The notes under the pieces are model-generated. The model ran no database searches and was not told the origin of the DNA. It saw nothing but the letters and a program-made list of their open reading frames with translations. From Bacteroidales bacterium (GTDB lineage Bacteria > Bacteroidota > Bacteroidia > Bacteroidales > WCHB1-69), in NCBI GenBank assembly GCA_023229985.1, contig JALNYF010000002.1, forward strand, positions 3,537-67,536: 64,000 nucleotides of DNA, written 5' to 3'. How positions within the stretch are numbered: position 1 is the stretch's first letter; every line of letters begins with the position of its first letter. Shown here piece by piece: positions 38,796 to 46,266 of this stretch. The translations under genes and the position numbers were made by a program.

Positions 38796-39374
38796 TTACT
38801 TAATTTTAGTTACGTGTTGATTTTCAAGTTTATAAATTTCACCACTTTCGGGGCAAGTTGCCAATCCGTTTTCATTAAAGATGAGGCGATGTCCGTATTC
38901 GCTCATCCAGCCGATTTGTTTGGACGGGTTTCCTACCACCAAGGCATAGTCGGGGATCGTTTTGGTGACTACCGCGCCAGCACCGATGAAGGCAAATTTG
39001 CCAATATCGTGACCGCAAACCACTGTCGCATTGGCACCTATGGTTGCACCGCGCCCTACGTGTGTTTTGGCATACTGGTTTTTGCGATTGACGGCACTGC
39101 GGGGATTAGTCACATTGGTAAATACCATGGATGGTCCCAAGAAAACGTCATCTTCGCATGTAACGCCGGTGTAAACTGAAACGTTATTTTGAATCTTAAC
39201 ATTTTTTCCCAGAACAACTTCCGGTGAGATAACTACATTTTGTCCGATATTGCAGTGTTCGCCGATAATGCAACCGGACATAATATGGGAAAAGTGCCAA
39301 ATTTTGGTACCTTCACCGATCGTGCAATTGTCGTCAATTATTGCGGAGGAGTGTGCAAAATATTGATTTTCCAT
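38796..39374 (-). CDS. left-handed beta-helix N-acetyltransferase, WbpD/WlbB-like
   Basis: 192 aa. Hexapeptide repeats throughout. The C-terminus PDYALVVGNPSKQIGWMSEYGHRL is typical of UDP-2-acetamido-3-amino-2,3-dideoxy-sugar N-acetyltransferases. Confidence 0.7.
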   Translation of the reverse strand: MENQYFAHSSAIIDDNCTIGEGTKIWHFSHIMSGCIIGEHCNIGQNVVISPEVVLGKNVKIQNNVSVYTGVTCEDDVFLGPSMVFTNVTNPRSAVNRKNQYAKTHVGRGATIGANATVVCGHDIGKFAFIGAGAVVTKTIPDYALVVGNPSKQIGWMSEYGHRLIFNENGLATCPESGEIYKLENQHVTKIK

Positions 39375-40570
39375 TAAATGTCTTCTTTAAGTGCTTTAAT
39401 GCCGGGAAGTTCTTTCCCTTCGAGATATTCCAGCATGGCACCGCCGCCGGTGCTGACGTAAGAAACGAACTGGGTAAGTTTATAGTTGCTGAGTGCTGCA
39501 ATGGAATCGCCGCCACCGATGAGGGAGAACGCGCCGGACAATGTGGCTACTGAAACGCATAAGGCAATAGATTGGGTGCCATTTTCAAAATTTGGGAATT
39601 CGTAAACACCTACCGGTCCGTTCCACAAAATAGTATTGGAATCCTTGATAATCGCTGCAAACTTCTTGATGGTTTTGGGACCAATATCCATTCCTTCCCA
39701 ATTGTCGGGAATGTGATTGTGTTTCGTAATATAGATGTTGGCATCATTCGCATAGCGGTCGGCGCAGATGTTGTCAATGGGGAAGTAAATATCAACGCCC
39801 TTCAGGTGAGCTTTTTTGATGATATCTTTCGCAACGGGAATCATTTCTTCTTCCAACAATGAATTGCCGATTTTTACGCCGATGGCGTGGAGGAAAGTAT
39901 AGCTCATTCCGCCGGCAATAATGAGATTATCGACTTTATCCAATAAGAATTTGATAATGTTCAATTTGGATGAAACCTTAGAGCCGCCGATAATAGCAGT
40001 GAAGGGTGGGCGGGCATTGTTGAGGACGTTATCCAAGTTTTCGGTTTCTTCGTAAAGCAGGTAGCCGGCATAGCATTTTCCGGGGAAAAAGCGCGTAATG
40101 GTGGCAGTAGAAGCGTGTTCGCGGTGTGCCGTGCCAAAAGCGTCATTGACGTAAATGTCCCCCAAACGGGCAATAGATTGGGCAAATCCAAGGTCGCCGG
40201 CTTCTTCCTCAGCATGAAAACGTAAATTTTCCAGTAAGGCAACATCACCGCTCTGCAAAGCTTTTACTTTTGTTTCCGTCTCCGGATCTAGTACATCTCC
40301 AATAAATTGGACGCGTTTCCCCAATACTTCACTCGCTGTTGTTATGATATGTTTTAATGAAAACTTCTCATTGACGATGCCATTGGGACGTCCCAAATGA
40401 GACATCAACAGGGCAATCCCGCCTTCAGAAGTGATTTTATTGACGGTAGCGACCGTGCGTGCAATGCGGGTGGCATCGGTTACTTCGAACTTCTCATTCA
40501 ACGGGACATTATAATCCACACGTACTAAAACTCGTTTGTTTTTTAATTTGGCTTCAGCAATTGATTTCAT
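39374..40570 (-). CDS. pgk: phosphoglycerate kinase
   Basis: 398 aa. RVDYNVPL, NLRFHAEEE, GGSKVSSKL and STGGGA motifs. Confidence 0.95.
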   Translation of the reverse strand: MKSIAEAKLKNKRVLVRVDYNVPLNEKFEVTDATRIARTVATVNKITSEGGIALLMSHLGRPNGIVNEKFSLKHIITTASEVLGKRVQFIGDVLDPETETKVKALQSGDVALLENLRFHAEEEAGDLGFAQSIARLGDIYVNDAFGTAHREHASTATITRFFPGKCYAGYLLYEETENLDNVLNNARPPFTAIIGGSKVSSKLNIIKFLLDKVDNLIIAGGMSYTFLHAIGVKIGNSLLEEEMIPVAKDIIKKAHLKGVDIYFPIDNICADRYANDANIYITKHNHIPDNWEGMDIGPKTIKKFAAIIKDSNTILWNGPVGVYEFPNFENGTQSIALCVSVATLSGAFSLIGGGDSIAALSNYKLTQFVSYVSTGGGAMLEYLEGKELPGIKALKEDI

Positions 40571-40587
40571 GTTGTTGTTTTTTATGA

Positions 40588-42018
40588 TTAAATATTCGTA
40601 TGTTTCAATATAACGTTGATTGTAGGGTACTTATGTCGAAGGTGGTCGGCGGTGGCTTGTGCAAAATAAACCGACCGATGCTGCCCGCCGGTACATCCGA
40701 AATGAACCGATAAATGGGTAAATTTTCTTTCGATATAATTATCTACGGAAATATCAACCAACGAAAAGATATTTTGTTTGAAAAGAGTGACGACCGGATA
40801 CTCTTCCAAATAGCCGATAACCATCGGGTCGCGACCGGTCATGGCTTTATATTGTGCCTCTCTGCCCGGGTTGGGCAAAGCACGACAGTCGAACACAAAC
40901 CCGCCGCCGTGGGAACTGTTATCTGCCGGAATCCCTTTCTTGTATGAAAAACTTGTTACGATCACATTCAATTGATCGTCAGATTCGCTTTCTATACCCA
41001 TCTTTGCCTCCCAATCTATTTCCGTTAGGGCAGTCAACAAAGTGCGAAGCGTCGGAGTGTTGATGGATAAAGTCGTGTTTTCCAATATGTAACGAATATT
41101 GCGCGTTGCATAAGGAATGCTTTGCAAAAAGTGCTTTTTCTTCTCGTAATAGCCGCGATAGCCATACGCTCCCATCGACTGCATAATGCGGATAAGTGCA
41201 TAAGCGTCAAAATATTGCAGAAAACTTGCTTTGTCTGTGGGAATATATTTCTCTAATTCGGTTAAATAGTAATCTAACAATTCTGCACGTTGGGCTTGGG
41301 GGAGGTCGGCTTTGGCATCGTACAACAACGAAGCAATGTCGTAGGGCAGTGCCCCTTTTCTACCTCCTTGATAATCAATAAAATATACTTCTCCTTCATG
41401 AAGCATGATGTTTCTTGATTGGAAATCTCGAAATAAAAAATAATCTTGGTCAATTTCCAACAGATAGTTAATCAGCGTGTTAAAGTCATTTTCTAATAAC
41501 TGTTCATCGAAAGGAATCCCTGCCAATTTTAAAAAATAGTATTTAAAATAGTTTAAGTCCCATTGCATGGATTGGCGGTCGAAGGCGTGGCGTGGATAGC
41601 AGACGGAAAAGTCAAAGTTCTGTTTTCCTGATAGTTGTATAATGGGAAGCTGTCGAATTACTTTTTTATAATAATCAAAAACTTCATTGGAAAGGGTGTT
41701 TGTGCGTCGGTTTGTCAGAAAAGAGTAGAGCGTTTCGTCTCCTAAGTCGGTGAGCAGGTAGTATTGTCTATCGTTACTAATTGCCAATAAATGAGGAACT
41801 TGAATCTTTTTTTGTAAGAAAAAATTTGTAAAAGCAAAAAAGGCTTCGTTCTCCTTCACATTATCATTGTATGCACCCATCAGGGTTTCGCCGTTGGCTA
41901 AAAACAAACGTACATAAATTCGGTTTGAGCCGGATTGCGCAATTCTTTCGGTAGATGTTACATTATTATTATATGTACACTGCGCTAAATCAATTAGTTT
42001 TTTTTCGTTAAAACTCAT
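40588..42018 (-). CDS. fusion protein: AmgK-like anomeric sugar kinase (APH fold) plus a RapZ C-terminal-like domain
   Basis: 476 aa. Kinase core FRDFQSRNIMLHEGEVYFIDYQGGRKGALPYDIASLLYD. The C-terminal 130 aa carry SFSYKKGIP, FVFDCRALPNP, MTGRDPMVIGYL and FGCTGGQHRSVYFAQ, which parallel the E. coli RapZ C-domain motifs. Confidence 0.75.
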   Translation of the reverse strand: MSFNEKKLIDLAQCTYNNNVTSTERIAQSGSNRIYVRLFLANGETLMGAYNDNVKENEAFFAFTNFFLQKKIQVPHLLAISNDRQYYLLTDLGDETLYSFLTNRRTNTLSNEVFDYYKKVIRQLPIIQLSGKQNFDFSVCYPRHAFDRQSMQWDLNYFKYYFLKLAGIPFDEQLLENDFNTLINYLLEIDQDYFLFRDFQSRNIMLHEGEVYFIDYQGGRKGALPYDIASLLYDAKADLPQAQRAELLDYYLTELEKYIPTDKASFLQYFDAYALIRIMQSMGAYGYRGYYEKKKHFLQSIPYATRNIRYILENTTLSINTPTLRTLLTALTEIDWEAKMGIESESDDQLNVIVTSFSYKKGIPADNSSHGGGFVFDCRALPNPGREAQYKAMTGRDPMVIGYLEEYPVVTLFKQNIFSLVDISVDNYIERKFTHLSVHFGCTGGQHRSVYFAQATADHLRHKYPTINVILKHTNI

Positions 42019-42033
42019 AACGTAGCTTTTGGA

Positions 42034-43164
42034 TTATCTTTTCATTTTGGGAAATTCTTTTCGGACAATATTGTTCAATTCATCGTCTGTCATACTGTAT
42101 GTATCTTTCGCCAAATCAAGGCATTGAAAGAAGTTTTCTTTTTCGTTCAATTGATAAAAGCAGTATAATTTTCCTTTCCATAAATCCCAAATCATGGGCA
42201 TGGCTTTTTCCGAGTTTGCATAAGCACGCAAGGCATTTTGATAATTTCCGGCGTTGGCGCAGGCTTTCCCGTAAAAAAACCAATAAATGGGATCTTCGCC
42301 CGAATAATTAATTATTTTTTGAATGGTTTCTTCCACTTTATCGGCTTCTCCCTTGTTAGTATAAAACAAAATTTTGTGCAGCAAAGTGCACCTTTCGTCT
42401 AATCCCTCGACTTGCAATTGGTCCAAGTCACGAATAAAATCAGTTGAGGTCTCATTTAACGCATTGATATAAAAATAGTTGTAATACGGATATTTGTTTA
42501 ATTCTGTTTTATGTTCATTTAAAAAACGGATAAGGGGTTTATATTGTTTTGCGTTGAGGAGAGAATCGGCAGTGGAAATCAAGTGGGCTTCGCTTTGAAT
42601 CTCGGTATTGCGAAGCGCGTAATAAAGCATATCGTATTTGACAATTTCGGAAAATTTTGCCGACATATTATAGGAAAAACCGTCCACTATTTTAATCTCA
42701 TTTTTTTCGTTTAATCCCAGCATATAGTCGTCAATTTTAAGTCCGAAGTCGATATAGGTTCGGAAAACGATGTGATGTTTTCCGTTTTCTTCGTAATATC
42801 TGATGAATCTGAAATCGCCGCCGTCGTTGATAGTATTCACCGTAAAGTCGCCATATTTAAAATTATTATCAAATGCAGCTTGTCCGGCTTCCGTATCGAA
42901 CGCACTGGCTACGATGGAGTTGGCAGAAATTATTTTTTTAATCGACGCTCTGTCGAAAGCGTTGTTCAGGAAAGAGGGTTCGCCGTTGATGAGCGAATTT
43001 TCTATTTGGTGGGCAAAATCGGTTGCACTTTGTTCATTCAGAACGATGGTGGTGTTTTTTTTGTCCTGTTCGGGTGTTTCTGCCGATCTGTTTTTGCAGC
43101 TGTTAGTGCAAACTATTAATAGACAAATAATTGCTAATGAGATACTTAATTTAATTATTTTCAT
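42034..43164 (-). CDS. lipoprotein with C-terminal TPR-like repeats, function unknown
   Basis: I prefer the start at M34 of the track ORF (MKIIKLSISLAIICLLIVCTNSC lipobox), which lies just after the upstream M16 stop. TPR-like helices occur near YWFFYGKACANAGNYQNALRAY. Confidence 0.55.
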   Translation of the reverse strand: MKIIKLSISLAIICLLIVCTNSCKNRSAETPEQDKKNTTIVLNEQSATDFAHQIENSLINGEPSFLNNAFDRASIKKIISANSIVASAFDTEAGQAAFDNNFKYGDFTVNTINDGGDFRFIRYYEENGKHHIVFRTYIDFGLKIDDYMLGLNEKNEIKIVDGFSYNMSAKFSEIVKYDMLYYALRNTEIQSEAHLISTADSLLNAKQYKPLIRFLNEHKTELNKYPYYNYFYINALNETSTDFIRDLDQLQVEGLDERCTLLHKILFYTNKGEADKVEETIQKIINYSGEDPIYWFFYGKACANAGNYQNALRAYANSEKAMPMIWDLWKGKLYCFYQLNEKENFFQCLDLAKDTYSMTDDELNNIVRKEFPKMKR

Positions 43165-43171
43165 AATCGGA

Positions 43172-44413
43172 CTAAATTTTGGAATATAGAAGGGTCGTAA
43201 AATTGTCGGGATTAAAAATTTCGTTGGCGGTATGCAGAATTTGATCTGCGGTAATACTTTCAATTTTTTGAATGGCAGATGAAGAAGTTTCTACTTCATT
43301 GAAAGAGAGAGCACTACGTCCCATTGAGAGCATTTCGTTGAGTTTAGTTTCATTGGTAATTGCCCATTGTCCCAGGAATTGTTTTTTTGCATAATGAAGT
43401 TGCAGCGTGCCTAATTTTTGTTCAGATATTTTTTTCAATTCTTTGAATGTCAATTCAATACATTTGTCTGTGGTGTGGTTATCGCAGCCGATATAGACGG
43501 TAAAGAGTCCGGCATCGGAGAAAGGCGAGTAGTTGGCTTCTACGGAGTAGGCAAGTCCTTTTTTTTCACGGATTGCCACGTTCAATTTTGCGCTCATGGC
43601 TTGTCCGCCGAGCAGGTTGGTCAGCAGGGTGAAGGGCACGCGCTGTGGGTCATGGAGTGTGTAGGCGGTTGTGCCCATCATAATGTGAGATTGGGAGGTG
43701 TTTTTATGTTTTTTTGTGAAAGAGGGGCGGTAGTCGGTAAATGGAGTGCGGTGGGAAAGTGAGGTAGGAAGGGGATGTTCCCCAAAATACTTATTGCAAT
43801 ATTTGAGAAATTGGTCGGTGGAAATATTGCCGATAGAGGATAGAACGACATGGTCGGAGGTGTAGTTTTGACGGATAAAATCCAAGATGTTGTTGCGTTC
43901 GAGGAGTTTGACTGATTTTTTGGTGCCGAGGATATTTCTTCCTAACGGGTGACCGGCGAAGACGATGTCTTCAATTTCGTCGAAGATCAATTCGGCGGGG
44001 GAATCTTTATAGTAATTAATTTCTTCTAAAACGACATCTTTTTCTTTGTTTAGTTCCTTTTCCGGGAAGGTAGCGTTGAAAAAGATGTCGGACATTAGCT
44101 CAATTGAACGTTCATAATCAGGAGAAAGGAAGGAGACGTGAAAATCCGTTTCTTCCTTAGAGGTGCAAGCGTTCAGGTCGCCGCCGGCGTTTTCCACCCG
44201 TTTCGTAACCTGATAACTATTCCTTTTAACGGTACCCTTAAAAATGGTATGTTCCACAAAATGAGCCAATCCGCCTTTGTCGTCAGCTTCATCTCTTGTT
44301 CCGGCATTGATGAGAACACCAAAATGGGAGATAGGGGACTGAACTTCTTGATGTATAACACGGATACCATTTTTAAGGGTCGTTATCGGGATATTGTTTT
44401 GCATTTTTTGCAA
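43172..44413 (-). CDS. M16 family (pitrilysin/insulinase) zinc peptidase
   Basis: 413 aa. Inverted zinc motif HFVEH and the downstream Glu region (EETDFH...). Confidence 0.85.
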   Translation of the reverse strand: MQKMQNNIPITTLKNGIRVIHQEVQSPISHFGVLINAGTRDEADDKGGLAHFVEHTIFKGTVKRNSYQVTKRVENAGGDLNACTSKEETDFHVSFLSPDYERSIELMSDIFFNATFPEKELNKEKDVVLEEINYYKDSPAELIFDEIEDIVFAGHPLGRNILGTKKSVKLLERNNILDFIRQNYTSDHVVLSSIGNISTDQFLKYCNKYFGEHPLPTSLSHRTPFTDYRPSFTKKHKNTSQSHIMMGTTAYTLHDPQRVPFTLLTNLLGGQAMSAKLNVAIREKKGLAYSVEANYSPFSDAGLFTVYIGCDNHTTDKCIELTFKELKKISEQKLGTLQLHYAKKQFLGQWAITNETKLNEMLSMGRSALSFNEVETSSSAIQKIESITADQILHTANEIFNPDNFTTLLYSKI

Positions 44414-44424
44414 ATTAATCGATG

Positions 44425-46077
44425 TTATTCTTTTACGTTAGGCAATTCCAATCCGAGACCTTTCTTTTTGTCCCAAGCTTTCAGAAAGATTCCCAAGATG
44501 AGTGCTGCTACGCCCAAGCAGGCAAGCATAACCAACGGTGCAGTATAATTGTAGGAAATAGCAGCTTTTTCAGCGGTTATTGTTCCTGCTTCTAACTGCT
44601 GAATAATATCGGGATTAGTCATATCCAATACTTTACCAATGAGCAATGGGAAAAGCCATAAACCGATATTTTGAATCCAGAAAATCAGCGCATAAGCGGA
44701 ACCGATTACTTTTTGGTCCACCAACTTTGGTACGCTGGGCCATAAAGAAGCAGGAACCAACGAGAAGGAAGCCCCCAAAACCAAAATAGTAACGTATGCG
44801 ACGATGATGCTGGCAATGTCGTTTTCTTTGAACATAGGAAGAACAAAAGCAAAAGTTAAATGGCAAGCAATCAATAAGATAGAACCTATCATGAGCATAG
44901 AAGCAGCTTTTCCTTTGTGGTCAACATATTTTCCCAAGATCGGAGTGATGCCGACAGCCAAGAGTGGGAAAACGGAGAAAATGGTGCCTGCTTCTTGGCG
45001 CATGTAACCCATATAGCAGAAAACGATGAGTCCGGCTACTGCGGCTGCAAGCAATCCGTATTGTACAGGTTTTTTCTTGGAAAAATTACTTGCGAAGGAC
45101 ATCGCAGCCACGGCTAACATAATAATATATTGTATGATGGTAACGGTATTGGAAGCCCAGAAAGAACCTTCGGCAGGTTTAATAAAGTCAATGTTGCATT
45201 GCAACATATTCGGAGCATATTTTTGGAACGGGAAGATAGCGGAATAGTATAAAACGCACAAAAGAGCGACCAACCAAAAACCTCCGCTGGTAAGAATTTT
45301 TCCAAGGTCTGAAATCATGAAAGGATCATCTTTTTCTTCGGCTTCACCGGTTTGCGAATCCAATTTTTTGTCCATAAAGAAATAAACAATAAACATGATT
45401 AAAGCAATCATCAGAAGAATGACACCGAAAGCTACGGAGCGGGAAACATCGATATGTCCGCCCATTTTGGCAAACATGGGGGAAAAAATCATACAGGTGG
45501 CAACGCCCAAACGAGCCAATGCCATCTCGGAACCCATTGCCAATGCCATTTCACGTCCCTTGAACCATTTTACAATACCGCGCGAAACGGTAATTCCTGC
45601 CATTTCTACACCTCAACCGAAAACCATAAACCCGATGGCGGCAAATTTTGCAGAGGCAGGCATCCCTTCATAAAATGGAGAAATTCCCAATTCGTCAAAT
45701 CCCGGAACATAGTTTAAGTTATTGGTAAACCATACTTCCAAGTTACTTCCGGCAAATGTGTCGGTAACGGCGTACCAATTGATAATGGCTCCAATCAGCA
45801 TGACGCCACCGGATAAAAGAGCGGTAAAACGAACGCCCATTTTATCCAAGATGATACCCGCAAAAATCAGGAAGAATACAAATACGTTTAAGAAAGTTTC
45901 CGCGCCTTGCATTGTGCCGAAAGCCGTGGAATCCCATCCGCGCGTTGATTGCATTAAATCCTTGATAGGGGAGAGAATGTCCATAAAAATATATGAACAG
46001 AACATGGCAAGTGCCAACAACAACAATGCTATCCAACGGAATTTGGCACTGTCTCTTAATGTAATTTTTTCAGTCAT
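44425..46077 (-). pseudogene. MFS transporter interrupted by one in-frame TGA (45615..45613). Either a pseudogene, an assembly error or a recoding site
   Basis: Track ORFs 45613..46077 (154 aa, TM1-3 and the start of TM4) and 44425..45603 (392 aa) are in the same frame. The minus strand reads ...GCC ATC GGG TTT ATG GTT TTC GGT TGA GGT GTA GAA ATG GCA..., giving AIGFMVFG*GVEMAGITVSRGIVKWFKGREMALAMG, which is one continuous MFS TM4/loop motif. Confidence 0.8.
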
Positions 46078-46126
46078 AAAGTTTGTAAATTAAATTATTA
46101 ATAAGGTTCTATAATCTTAATGAATA

Positions 46127-46140
46127 AGGCTGCAAAAGTA
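46127..46140 (-). promoter_or_regulatory. candidate promoter of the interrupted MFS gene (TACTTTTGCAGCCT on the minus strand)
   Basis: The plus strand reads AGGCTGCAAAAGTA. It has a TAnnTTTG box plus the same CAGCCT extension as the S8 and tRNA-Pro promoters. About 50 nt upstream of the ATG at 46077. Confidence 0.5.
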
Positions 46141-46199
46141 CGTTTTTTTTTTATAAAATAAGAAAGAAATTTTAGGTGTTTGTAATTGAAATATTTTTG

Positions 46200-46207
46200 T
46201 ATATTTG
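46200..46207 (+). promoter_or_regulatory. candidate -7 box TATATTTG for secDF
   Basis: TAnnTTTG 60 nt upstream of the ATG at 46267. A second overlapping match, TATTTTTG, lies at 46192-46199. Confidence 0.5.
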
Positions 46208-46266
46208 CAAACTTAAAAAAAATGAGGAAAAAAATCATAAACAATTAATAATCAAATAAATAATTT

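Noticed and set aside
45613-45615. Genome-wide reassignment of TGA (to Gly or Trp), or selenocysteine, as the explanation for the in-frame TGA in the MFS gene
   Set aside because: TGA clearly terminates other well-delimited genes in the window (2475-2477, 16761-16763, 52991-52993), and all other ORFs have normal lengths under the standard code. The downstream hairpin is short, no sel genes are visible, and I know of no MFS selenoprotein. This explanation is kept only as a remote alternative.
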